NCBI GenBank assembly: GCA_009103225.1
Contig: RHPI01003156.1
Span: 164,537 to 228,536, forward strand
Reading direction: 5' to 3'
DNA length: 64,000 nt
From: Chlorokybus atmophyticus
Lineage: Eukaryota > Plantae > Mesostigma and Chlorokybus algae
Below are positions 1 through 12,500 of this stretch, one piece after another; within the stretch, counting starts at the first letter, position 1, and every line of letters starts with the position of its first letter. Below the pieces are notes generated by a model. The model saw only the letters and a list, made by a program, of their open reading frames with translations. It was not told the origin of the DNA and did no database searches. A program made the position numbers and the translations under genes.

Positions 1-1
1 A

Positions 2-130
2 CGCGCAACTCGCTATTTAGTGAAATGGAAAGGGTATGGCCCGGAACATAACAGTTGGGAGCCCGACAGGCATCTTACGCACTGCCGCGAGTTGCTTCGA
101 GCTTATTGGGATTCATGTCCTGTCCCATAA
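2..130 (+). CDS. pol: C-terminal chromodomain of a Gypsy (chromovirus) pol, partial at the window edge
   Basis: Frame 2 reads RATRYLVKWKGYGPEHNSWEPDRHLTHCRELLRAYW..*, the classic chromodomain YLVKWKGY..NSWEP motif. It is followed by a polypurine tract and an LTR. Confidence 0.85.
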   Translation, partial: RATRYLVKWKGYGPEHNSWEPDRHLTHCRELLRAYWDSCPVP

Positions 131-277
131 ACTGTGGGCTTGGTTTTATGACAGACTGGCAGTGTAGTTTCATAACCACCCTGTCATTTCCTGCTATCTC
201 ACTTGTTACAATTACTCGAAATCAAGCCTGATCAACTTGAGTTCAACGAGGACGTTGAAAACCTAAGTGGGGGGGAA

Positions 278-691
278 TGTAACGGGAGCAATAATAATAG
301 GGGTATTATTGCTACCTGAATAACACATTTTGTATGAATAAGTATTTAAATATGCTTATTTATACCTCTTTTCTACGGTTCCTCGCTTATTAAAGGCTAT
401 GATGCTTTATCATAGCTTAAATATATATATATATATATATATATCCCAATGGGTGTAGAACCGCTTATTCAAGCCTATTTAGTGTCACATTTGATATAAT
501 GTGATCACTATCTCGTTAGGTACCTTACGATAGGTATCTTTGGATAGGTACCTTATCGATAGGTACCTTATCTGATCTGTGATTGGCATACGCTAGATTT
601 CCTAACTACCCTATCTGTAGGGTCGATGTCTAGCTGTGAGTTAATTATCGAGAGTTATATAGTTGATATACTCTTGATATAAAAGGTCACA
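278..691 (+). repeat. 3' LTR of the Gypsy element cut by the window start
   Basis: PPT AAGTGGGGGGGAA immediately precedes TGTAAC at 278. A plausible end is GGTCACA at 691, matching the TGTAAC...GTCACA termini of the 16306 element. Contains (AT)n at 421-444 and four GATAGGTACCTTA-like units at about 517-572. The right end is inferred because no partner LTR is in the window. Confidence 0.6.
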
Positions 692-3339
692 TCAATCTGA
701 TGTGGGGACTTTCAGTTCTCTGCTCAGTGGCGGCCACGCCGTTGAAAGGCTTGTCATAGGCGGTGTGGGTGTTGGGGTAGAGGATTGAAGGGGCACCGGC
801 GACGGTGGTGCTGCTACATGTGATGCTTATCAGAATTGGAATGATGCGTCGCGCGATTGACTGAGTCCCAATATCGCCCATTAAGGTAGCCGTGCCATGC
901 CGCGCTAGTCCCGAATAGCATCCACACACTGCACTGTAACTGGAAGCACGATAGGCCATGATGGTGCACTATTATATTCCTACAAATGGTCGCATAGCCA
1001 TGACATCTCAACAACCTCGTCATTTTGCAGCACCAAGTGTGAACTTAAGGAGTGGTGCATTTTAAGCGGCGTGTATGTCATGAGCTTTACGGCAAGCCCT
1101 TATATTAACCGCAGCTTGCCATAGGTTCAGGCCGGCAGCTTCACTGGCACATTGCGCCGGGTATGAAAGGGACGGTGCAAGTTTGAGAGCAGGCTTTGTG
1201 ACTTCTTGCTAGGGCCACAAACAATGCCAACGTGTATATATTATCCCACACAACACTTAAAAATATCATGCCGGCTAGGCATCATTAGCGCCGTAGTGTC
1301 AGTTACTATCCCGCACCATGCAATCACTTGCAACACAATTAGGGCTGCGGCATGCTCAGCCTTGCAGCAAGAAGCAGGCAAAACATCGTAAATATGCGTA
1401 GTACATAAGTGCCTTGCACGCGCCAACGCCGTACTAACTACTTCATAACTTTGCTCAATACGAAGCATGCCGTGCTCATCGCAAATGGCAATGAGCATAA
1501 ATAGTATATATGCCCTTAAATGAGACTAAGAATTCCAAGTGGGCGCAACATGCGAGGTAAATGTTGTGACATGCACATACTCTATGAACCCACATGCTTA
1601 TAAACCCTTGTACCTACAAAGGCTATGCCATCACAGTGTGGATATCTCTAAATATGATCACGTTGCAATCTGATGGTCGCGAACTTGTAGACAATATGTT
1701 GCCAGCAATAATGTGGTGTCGTGTAGTGATGAATTTCATCGAATGCATGCGCATTAATTGTGACATCAAAATGGCATTGTGAGTGTAACCCACTTAAGTC
1801 TTTTTATACGCGCAATATCTCATCACCCGTTACCATGATTTATGATAGCCGAGTTATGAGCTTAAGCTAGGGTTTGATTGTCACTTCTATGCTATAGTAT
1901 ACTCATCAACCCATCACCTGGCATGCATATGCTAGGTGCAGCTTGCACAAACCTTTGTCCGAGGTTATTGCGTGCAAAGTCATAAGCCTACCGCTATTTA
2001 CAAAGCTTGCCAGCCACCCACACGTTGTCGCTGACATTGTGCCATGCGCTTAAATAACACATACTGGCATTCTTCTCGCAACCAACGAGCTTGCACACCT
2101 GCGACTAGCACATGTGAGACATGCGTGCTACATGCTTTCGTGTGTAAATGAGCGTGTGCCATGTGCACACGCCTGCACCTACAAGCACAAACACATACCG
2201 TGTGTCTTTGTGTTAATGCATCTGATAGACTCCACGCACATTTTCGTAGTGACCATCACCGCTGTAGTATGCCCAGTATTTGCAAGCGAGTTTGGTCTTG
2301 CACTTGTGGCACCAAGCATTAAGGTTGGGGACGCGGTGTATCCACTAAATGCGGTTCAGCGGGGGCGTCTTCTACAACCCCGTAAACAGCAGCCTCGAGC
2401 GGAAAGACTTGCACACATTAACGCTATTAAGAAGTTTCTGCACAAGCAGCAATACAGTCGATGAACTGGCACCACCAGCACACATGCACTTATGCTCGCG
2501 CGCGCGCACACGCATGCACGCGCGCACACGTGCACACTCTACGACATCCATACGCAGGACAGAGACAGGTACAGAGTCAGTCGACATTGGCAAACGACAT
2601 GCACTCTCACATGCATGCGTACAATCACCATTGATAGTGGTTGATGGCGGAGGTGATGGCAATTGCGATCGTGGTGATGGTGATGGCGGTGGTGGTGGTG
2701 GCGGCCGCTGAGCAAGCAAAGGGACGGCATATCATGCACTTCATGACATCCACATACGCTATGATGCGGTATGTAATACGATGGTTGAAAATCACAATGA
2801 CCTCCTTCACCTTTCAGCGGCATAAGATTGATAATGTTGGCTTTAAAAGCCATCGACTGCGTCGCAAATTTTACACGGTGACTGACTAAGGACTGAGGGA
2901 CTGACTGGTGCCTGAGCCTGCCTGAGCTGCCTGTCGCTGCCTGAAATATTACTTTTGGACTGTTGGGTTTGCCGTTGGCTTAAGTGGACTGACGCAGACG
3001 GCCGCGGGCCGAAAGTGGTTGTCAGTGGCACTAACCGGCCGAGCGTCGTCAACCAGTTACCCTTTGGTCGATGTGCACAGACGGCCGTTAGCCGGTAGTT
3101 ACGGACAGCTGACAGCAATAGCCGGCAGTTTCTTTGCCGTTGCACTGCTGTTAATATGTGACCCTTGCCGTTTGACAAAAGTTGGCAATTCTTGCCGTAA
3201 GCCAACACTAACATGCCATGCAGCTTGTACAAACCTTGGACTGATTGTTTAGTCTTGCACCTAAAAGCCCACAATATATACAATGTACGGGCAGTGGTGA
3301 GAGTATGTCCACTTACAACTAAGCAGCCGACTTGCGCAT

Positions 3340-4810
3340 GACTACCCTATAATATTGAGTCTAGCTGTCGGACTCATGCGCAGCTTGTCAACCCGTGGTG
3401 CCTGCCTCAGAACTCCTCCTCAAACCCCCTCCACCTGTTCCTCCTCCGACAAGTCTTCTGCTTCAACGCCGGAGTCATCTTCATCCGCTGCCTCGCTCGC
3501 TGACAGTACAGCGGCTACTTCGTTCTTCAGCTTGAATGTCAGCGCCTCGCCGTGCACGCGCATGCGCTTGATGGTCGCTTTGAGAGTGACCACCTGCATT
3601 TGGTAATGCTGTAAGATTGGCGTGCTGCCAGAGGACTAGCCCATCAGCATACACACGCTTACCTCGTCTTCCGCTTTGTTGCACTCCGCCAAGCAGACAG
3701 TCAGCCTGCCGCGCTGCTCTTGGTTCACTCTGACCAACATGGCAATGAGCAAGCATACTGCTTAATTACCGCTGGAAACATTAAATGAGGTCATGGATTA
3801 CCCGTTCGTGGTACTCCACAGCTTCTCTTTTGCGACTTGTGAGCTCCCGCAAGTAGAAATAGGCTGTGCATTTGCGAGATTGGTCATGCTGTTCATGTGC
3901 ATGACACTGGAGGTTGTGCATGAGGGTGTGCATGTCGTATTGACAATGTATGTCAAGTGCAAGATACTTGAGGCTGTGCATGTGCAAGATAAAAGAACCC
4001 TAGCATGTGGCATTGACAGTGCATCGTAACCCACCTTGGTTATGCCAGTCTTGTTTGGTCCCTTCAATCATGTCGCCGTGGTCGCAGCTGCTGGTGGGTC
4101 GGATTTTCTTAGAGGCAGTATTGTGGTGTGCCTTTGCCCACTCGGAGGGGGAGCCCTGTAAGATATCGCTCGAGTCACTGTTGTCATTGGATGTGCCCTT
4201 GGTAGTCTTATTGCGGTTTGACACCGAGGACACCCCTCCGGCACCCTGCCCGCCCTGTGCGAACATGGAATGCATCCCGGACCTCGACCACAATGCCCAC
4301 TACGCCCCTGGCAGCGCCGCCAACGATCTTCCAAACGCCACATACCCTCGGCATCACGCCCCTGTAAGGGCATAGCTTGGCGGAGCTATCAATGGTGTTT
4401 TCATGCGCAGGGGGACTGACATTGCCAGAGTTGTCAATGGTACGAACTGCCATTGCCATTGTACAAAGGTACCATTTCAATGGTACCTTNTCGCCCACTC
4501 GGAGGGGGAAGCCCTATAAGATATCGCCCGAGTCACTGTTGTCATTGGCTGTGCCCTTGGTAGGCATGGTGGGGTTTGACACCGAGGACACACCTCCGGC
4601 ACCCTGCCCGCCCTGTGCGAACATGGAATTTATCCCGGACCTCGACCACAATGCCCACTACGCCCCTGGCAGCGCCGCCAACGATCCTCCAAACGCCACA
4701 TACCCTCGGCATCACGCCCCTGTAAGGGCATAGCTTGGCGGAGCTATCAATGGTGTTTTCATGCGCAGGGGGACTGACATTGCCAGAGTTGTCAATGGTA
4801 CGAACTGCCA
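3340..4810 (-). pseudogene. Degenerate unknown cargo gene of the Plavaka element, with a KOW-like motif and an acidic coiled-coil C-terminus
   Basis: Minus-strand segments WRIVGGAARGVVGIVVEVRDKFHV (KOW-like) and QVVTLKATIKRMRVHGEALTFKLKNEVAAVLSASEAADEE. The region is retained in copy 2 (29720-30830) but broken by stops and frameshifts. Confidence 0.35.
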
Positions 4811-4848
4811 TTGCCATTGTACAAAGGTACCATTTCAATGGTACCTTT
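4139..4848. repeat. Tandem duplication, 2 x about 358 bp
   Basis: The unit beginning CACTCGGAGGGGGA occurs at about 4139 and about 4496. Near-identical ORF segments are 358 bp apart (4377 and 4735). An N lies at the junction (4489). Single-copy in the second element. Confidence 0.85.
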
Positions 4849-5092
4849 TGGCAAAGGCATCTTCGTACCATTCAAACGGTTCAATTAGGAATTAAGAGAC
4901 TCACCCTGGACGTGCAATGGCTCGATCGTACCATAATAATGGTGCGACGGAGCCAGTGAATGGCGGCCAAGTTTCCCGCCTCTGGCATGCAAGGGTAGCG
5001 GTGGCGGTGGCGGCGGCGGCGGCGGGTGTGCGTGTTGCTGGATATGATGCAGGTTACATTGGCGACACCTGTGTCGACGTTAGTAGTGAGAT

Positions 5093-8000
5093 ATGGGAGT
5101 CCTTTGTCCGTATTGCCACATGCGCTTCGCCACACGCAGCTCGGTCTACATGCACATTATTAGCAGCAGGGTGTGCAAGCAGATCAAGCTGTATGTCGGC
5201 CAGCGTCCATTACAGTACGATGCGGGTCATGTTGAACCGGGGAGTTCGATCCAGGATGCTCACATGCTTGATGCTGAAGGATTCCTCCAGGAGACACACG
5301 CACAGCAGCAACTGGAGGAGGAGGAAGTAAACGAGAGCTTTCGATGTGTGCGTGTGCCTGAGAAACCTGTGTGGCACGCCAACATGGAAGTGGAGGCGTC
5401 CTTTCGCACGCGTCGGAATCCAGGTGGTATGGCTCGGAGCATGCTCTTGCAGTGGCATTCGTGCAGTGCAACAACGGCCAAGGCCTGTCGGCCTCCGACA
5501 TGGGGCGGATCATCAAGTGCATCCGAAATGCACACTTCCTGACGGAAGAGCTCCAGTGGGAGACCGGTGTGCATGCGGCCAGCTACCTCCGGACCACGAT
5601 TGCTTTCTCTCAGTCTGAGGTGTGTTCACGGTGTGCGGTGCATGTGCTTCAACCATCAGAGCCATGTCACATATGCACATGCGAGTGTGCTGCCGTATCA
5701 GAACTACGTGACGGCTGACCTGCGCAAGCCTGGAGACCCTGAGGATCAGGACATCTGCGTCACATATATGCCGGCCAAGGTCTGTGAAATGCAGTACCTA
5801 ATGCAGTATCGATGCAGTATCTATTCTGAGGCCAGCATAGTAAGTAATGCTCTTGGTCGGAGCAGGTATGGCTCGCGCGGTTGTATGGCAATCCACATGC
5901 CGCCAATGGCTTCAATCTCCAGTATACTGATGACGAGCACAGCTTTGGCCATCCTTCCACGGGCGATTGGTGGAAGGTTGTGGAGGTGGATTTGAGGAGA
6001 GAGGTGGGGGAAGCGTCATACTTGGCGCCTGCCATTCTGTACAGTGACAAGACCACGCTGGACAGCGCGGGCAAGCGCTCTGGCTACCCTCTGATGGCAT
6101 CGCTTGCCAACTACAGTTGGGACATGTATGCTAGCAACATGGGGGTTGTTATGATAGCGCTTCTGCCGGTGGTTCACGCAGTGGCCGGGCATCCCACCTG
6201 GGCGCAGGGCAAGGAATCGTTCTCCATTCGGAAACGTGAGATTTTTCATGACGCTTTGAATGTAGTGTTAGGGGATGTGAAGCGGGCGAGTTGGGAAGGT
6301 CTGCAGCTCATCGACCCGAATGGCATCGAGCGTCGTGTGTTTCCCGCGCTTGCCAACTACATCAGCGATTTGCAGGTAGTGGGCATGAATGGTTGTAACC
6401 GGATGCAGCCCGCCAGCAAACAGTGCATGGAGGATGTTGTCAGTAGAACATCTGAGTTTGTCGTGTTGTAGGAGACTGCCACACTCGCACGCACTGTGTC
6501 GGGCAACCAAACACGACATCCTTGCGTTGTTTGTCTCGTCACCAAATCAGATCTGTTGGAGATGGATGAGGACCGGGAATTGAGAACCGAGGCCTTCAAC
6601 ACACCAGCAATACGTCAGCTGCGGGCGGACCTGCATAGCGGTGTTAGGAATGCACGCCAGACAGCCAAGGCTTTCAAAGAGCAGCACTCCATGCATGTCG
6701 AGGAGGTAATTGTCAAACTATCGGCATTCGTCAGGATGAATGGCTTTCCGTGAAACCAGGCAATGTGGTTTGGCAACAGAATGCACTGTGGGGTTGGCGA
6801 CAGTCGCGGGTGCCGGGAGCTGACTGCTACTCTCGTTTTGCCCCTGACGCAATGCATGTGCTGGGAGGCATCATTGACCACCTGCTTGCTGCTGTGTACG
6901 ACGCCGCGAAGGAACGAATGCGTCCATCCACGAGACAAATTCCGCAGGCCAGGCACGTCTTTGGTGTTGCTTTTGTGTTGAACACAAAAGCCAACAACAC
7001 GTGCTCACGAGCAGATGTGCACAGGCTGAATGCATGCAAGGTGACTCTGCGGGTTTCGCACTTCAAGGCACCCACAAGCATAGTAGATTTCTTCCTGTCC
7101 GACCACTCCTTTCAGGTGGTGGAGATAGTGGCGGTGCTGCAGCTGCTGCCGGTCCTCGCAGACGGTTTGCTACTCGACAGTGAGGGCAACGATTTCTTCA
7201 CCAATGATGCCGCATCGCTTGCCCAGTGGAACAAGAAGTTGCTCAAGGCGCATGAACACACAAGAGAGACCCTGACCACAGCCGACAACGAGCTGGCTGC
7301 CTTCAAAGCTGCAGTGTTGCATCCGCTATTGTCGTCATATTCAGCACAGAAGTCAGGTTGGAAGATCGAGAAGATGCATCAGCTCACTCATTTTGGGCCG
7401 GCAATTGTCAGCAGTGGACACCCGAATTGGTTCAGCGCCAACCGCATGGAGCAGACGCACGCCCAAAATATTAAATGGTGGGCGCGTGGTGGCAACAACC
7501 GAGACTACCAGGCACGTATCATGAAGGCATGAAGCTGTGCGAAATATGTGAGAGAGGATGGCATGGTCGTGGATCCCGAGATGCGCTCGGTCATGGCGCA
7601 AGCGCGGCAGCAGTGCTGTAATGTCATGGAGAAGACGGACAAGTTGCTACGGATGGATGTGCTGACAAGGAGGGAGTCCAGCCCGTACAGGAGCGGATCT
7701 GCTCGTAGCTGCCAAGTCGCCTTGAAGACTCCATTCGCCGACAAGCTGCCTGCCACCCTGGACAGCTGGTTGAGGAGGGAACAACTGGAGTTGGCTGACG
7801 GGTGGCGTGCTGTTTGCGTGGTGAACGGAGGCGCAGCGGTGTACATGACATCAGGAGTTAGTATGGCGCGCGCAACTGGGATGTTCCATGGGCGGCCTTG
7901 GTTCTCTACACTTGAGTTGGAAGGTGATGAGGACGGTGTTGACGTGACGTGGTGGGCTCAGGCACTCCTTTTTCTGCGCGTGGTGGTGTGGTGGTGGTAG

Positions 8001-8238
8001 CGGCGAGCGCGTGTGGAAGGAGGTTGTGTTTGTCCGCTGGTACACGATGCTGGATGTGACGAGCGACACAAAGTGCATTGCTCTGGAATGGGAAAAGCGT
8101 CGAGGCGGTCCACATCTTGATGTCGTGACTCTGGAGCAAGTAAAAGGCATTGTCCAGCTGCTCCCCATGTTTGATAAGGACAGCGCCCGTGTACAAGAGG
8201 GCAAGTATTGGGTGAACGTTCACTGCACTTCCACGTGA
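5093..8238 (+). pseudogene. Plavaka-family transposase, multi-exon, disrupted
   Basis: N-terminal zinc finger (CPYC..H), then APAILYSDKT, GYPLMASLAN, YISDLQE, PDAMH, KIEKMHQLTHF and RMEQTHAQNIK, matching the Plavaka ILxSDKT / YPVYxTIxN / DxPE / PDxLH / KxHxLxH / ExxH pattern. GT-AG introns at 5620-5701, 5780-5865, 6376-6471 and 6706-6779 join the frames. A 2-nt frameshift lies near 5370 and an in-frame TGA at 7530-7532. Confidence 0.8.
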
Positions 8239-8456
8239 CACATGTACTTGTCTCACTACTCTGAGTTTGGAGCATATCAGTAAGTTAGGCATTGCTAATC
8301 GTATGCTAAGACTTTTGCATGTGGATGTGTACAATACCGGGCAGCTATCACTGCACAACTGTCACCACAATCGAATGATCCATGCAACATTCAACAATCA
8401 GTCCGCCGTGTGGCATTAAGCATCAATACAGTGCACTACACTTAAGCCTCATAGTT

Positions 8457-9225
8457 TCATGACACAGGAGGGTAGTCACAGCGCATATCCATTGTTTCAA
8501 GCATGAGACGCCCTATGCACTCCGCCATTGCGGGAGGAACTGTATTCGCTATGAAAACGGCCGAGGTCATCCATGGCACTCCCAGCGCTGTTTGCCACGC
8601 AGCAATGCCGCCCCTGGTGCTTAGAAGGCCATAGACCGGGTATATCTGGTGTGGCGCGTTTGATGTCACGATTGTCTTCTTCGCGCTAGCGGACAGGCGA
8701 TAGCAGTCCAACTGCCTTGCCCGCGTGCGAGCAGCGTGCTGGTGGGGTAGCTACCACTGGCTGTATCTTAAACAGACGGTGTCGGAAAGTTGATAGGCTA
8801 AACATCGTGCCACAAAGGGACAGATTGGGTCTGAATGAGGAAGCTGCTCCTGGCACATTCTCAATCACAAACTTGACCTGGCTTGCAAGCAGCATACGTC
8901 GGACGAGCGGTATCATATCCTGGTGTCTCCAGGATGTGCCATGTGCCGCCCGTTGAGGTGCCGGGATAGCACCTGAATAGGCATGACATGGTGGACTGGC
9001 CCAGATGAGCTCGTTCTCGCTTAGCTCTCCTGCACTCAGGGTGCATACATCGCGGTGTATGAAGGGCAGTGGGTACTCGGAGGAGGGACTTATGTCCATC
9101 CCGGTCACGTCAAAGCCTGCGTGGTATAGACCGACACTGGCACCGCCACCGCCGCAGAATAGGTCGAGTGCCCTTGGTGTGCGTGTGCGTCCCAGCTTGT
9201 TGTCAAATGGCGTGTATGTGGTCAA
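8457..9225 (-). pseudogene. C5 DNA cytosine methyltransferase of phage/bacterial type, one frameshift near 8710
   Basis: Motif I LDLFCGGGG, IV ASPPC, VI IENV and VIII RHRLF in ORF 8686-9225. Motif X region WQTALGVPWMT...IANTVPPAMAECIG in the adjacent frame (8457-8711). Start codon uncertain. Confidence 0.88.
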
Positions 9226-9570
9226 GGCTGGCCGTGGTGCTGGCCAGACACTAACAATGATGCCGTCCGGGCTTACTTTGAGTAGTACAAGGATACTCGC
9301 ATACTACCACGATCGTAGAATAATACTGTGCTGTCATGCCATGAAATCCATAGCGCTATCCGAGTTTGTTGCTGTCAACCACGCTATAATCCAGCGAGGT
9401 ATGCAAGCCATGCACTGACTCATGCGCCGGGCAGTCATCATACACATGTACAGCCAATGCTTCTAACAACAGCAGATCTCTGGTGCACCATGCACCATGC
9501 TGCAACTATACATGTACCTACATGGTTCACAGGAAGCCAACACAAAACTACAATACATGCACAATTGGCA

Positions 9571-12500
9571 TCAAGGCGAGGGCCAAATCACCGCCGACAC
9601 GTTGGCGTCTTGCATCAGGCGTGGCGACCAAAACGGGTGAGGTTGCTTGCAGAATGGACACGCTTGTAGATTTTTTGATTTATTTGCCACAGTCTTCTGA
9701 TGTGCTATGATGCAGACATGGCACATCGCTTTCTTGTCACAGGGCGTCTCCCCATCCGCTGGGGGGGGTGGCTCTTCAATGCGACAAATCAGCACACATG
9801 GTGCACGCGGGTGTGCAAGCTGCCTGTGCCACCAAACTCGGTTATCGCGTCGCAGGCCTAGCGACTCCCATCTGAATGGCGCAGCATAACGCTCCACTGC
9901 CTGCTCGATCACCTGACGCCCATCTGCCGCCATACACCACCTGCTGGTCTTGGTGGTCTCGTCCAGCATGCGTTCATCCAGGCCCTCGACATGGCTGTCG
10001 TCACTCGTGTACTCCCCCGCATCGTCATTTTCTTCGAGCTTCCATAAAATTAGCTCGACGTGCCGTATGACACACAGCCACTACCAGCCAAAGCATGCCA
10101 AGTACAGCTCGAATGGTTTTACTTGCCACCCAGTATGTTTGCTCAGGTAGTGGCCCACATCTCGACCCGCATAGGTCGACATCGACAGGTACATCTGCTG
10201 CAGCAGGTCGAAGTTCTGCTCCGCAGATAGCTCTTGCACATTGCCGGGTTGCTGCGGCAGCAACATTACCATCATATCGAGGACGGCGAGGGGCAACAAT
10301 GTACTACGGATGGCCATATCGTGTATGGGTTCCAACCACGGCCAATCCCCAGAGGTCTGTTTAGACCGCATTCTCCGCGTTTGCTCCTAATTATTGCAAA
10401 CTTTCGTCACCCACCTCGAGGCATGCCGCATGCGGTGATGCATCGCGTCTTGGGCGTACTGTAGGGTGATCAACTCCTTTGCACTACGAGTCAGCCCCCC
10501 AAAGCGTCTGCGCGTCGGTGCTTTGAGCTTAGGCAGCTCGTGCCGCACCGGCTGTCTCTCTGGATGATGCTAAGCAGCCACTTGACGCTGTAAACCCGCC
10601 TGTGCCTACTCAGGACACACAGTCAGCCCCAGTGAGGCTTCAAGGCGCTGTGCTTCTTCTGATATTGTAACGATGCCTCACCTTTCCTTTTTTGGTCATG
10701 TTAGCGTCCTATGTTCCAACAACCTTCTTCTTTTTTTTTTAGTCACCCTGCACATCCTGGCAGGCGCTCTCCGTGGCACTGTCACTCAGAGGAGGTAAGG
10801 CGTTATCTTCTTGCTCCACAGCCTTGCGCTTGTTGGTTGCCTCCCGTTCCTCCACGACCTCAAGTTGCTTCATGAGGTCGAGCATGAAGCCTTTGTCTTT
10901 CAGCGCAGCTTTCAGGATACCTCGATCAATCTTTTTACCAACAAGACAGGCTGGGATCAATGTGGCAAGCTTAGAGGGAGAGGGCGAGCTACAGCTGCTT
11001 CTTGATGGAGATGCCTCCGGATGGTCAGAGTGCGGTGGCAAGTGAGTCTCCGCGGAAGGAAGGGAGGGTGCTGAATTGGGATTGCGAGCATGTGGCTGTA
11101 GTTGAGGGGAGGCAGGATGTGCAGAACACTCGGCTACTTCTTGACTAGCACACGAAGGCGAGGCCTGAGGCGTTGGCGCAGCACTCTGGGTCACAGCCGG
11201 TGGTAGCGGGGAATTGGCAACGCCATTCCGCCACTCTCCGATCAGGTGTGTTACCTCCGGTGGCACTTCATGCATAGGCCACGACCACTGTTCGGTGCTT
11301 GCAGGCTTGAGGAGCCAAAAGTGTGCTTCTGGCTTATCAAGAGCAGTGTTGCCCACCACCAGGACTGAGTTTGGGGCTTCTTTATTTCCAACTCAAAGTG
11401 CGCTGCCGGGCCGTGGCACCCACTCCCCATGCTTGCGCTGAACGGTCACGCACCCAATCAACAAGCCCAGCTTGTTGGCAAACATGGTCATCTGCAGGTG
11501 CTTGACGTACACATCTTTTCTTCGCACGATCTGTCGCACCTTGGCCATGGCTAGGTCAATGTTGCAGTTGATATCAGCCAACATGGTCGCAGGCAGTTTG
11601 TCGTAATATTGCGCCATCTCTCCCGCGGCACCAGTGGCTCTGCAGAAGTCTAGGATTCTGCTCGCCACGCCTGCATCGACAGCCTTGGCGGTGATTTTGC
11701 GGAGAGTGTGCCCCCTGCCGTCGTCGTCCATGGTGTCCAGCATGGCCCAAAATCTGCTCGAGCTGGGGCACTTGTGATCATCCAGGACACTTTGCGCTAT
11801 GGATGGCCTGGCGCGAAATACACAATGGTAGAAGCAATTACCATCCGTTGGCGCATTGAAGTGGTCCCATGAGGCGAGCTGGCCACCTAGCATGACTGAT
11901 GGCCATATGCGGGTTGCGGCCAGCTCCTGTGATGACTCGCTGGCAGGTGGTGACCCCTGCTGCATGCGCATACAGCACTCACATGGTGTGTCCAACTGTG
12001 GACGGCAAGAGTCACAGTGACTGATAAAGTACCTGAGTTTGGGGCAGACTGCCGGCTTCAACTTGCAGCGGGTGGGGTAAGGTAGGTGCAGAAGCCACAT
12101 CGGTTGTTGCATTGTGCTGTGGTCTCGCCGGTGGCGGCAAGAAGGATTGTTGCCCCGCAATCACCGGTGCTGCTCGTGGAGGAGATGGCAGTGCATGAAG
12201 GACTGGTGCCGCGGAAGGTGGTTGCGCTTTGGCTGGGAGGGGAGCAGGAGCTGCAGGTGAGACCACATGTGCATGCAGCAAGGGGGGCTGTATGCAGGAC
12301 CCAGGATAAGATGGCTCATAATGTTGCAAATGACGAATATAAGCTTATGCAGTGCCTGACGCATTGTTACCAAGGCACGAGCATAAAAGACAGCGACTTA
12401 CCTCAATGGCCCGTGGGCTGCATGGAGCAGGGGAAGCCATGGGGCCTGACAAGGTGGTATTGGCTGCACTCTCCCCGCCACCCTCGATGGCAGACTCGTC

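Noticed and set aside
692-2850. Short ORFs between the first LTR and the Plavaka end
   Set aside because: No recognisable domain or consistent splice structure; several derive from GGT/GGC and CA/TG low-complexity tracts.
9571-11400. TAG/TGA read-through or an alternative nuclear code (TAR=Gln) explaining in-frame stops
   Set aside because: PSBX and gag end in TAG, one TAG replaces a conserved Trp, and frameshifts co-occur. Mutational decay is simpler.
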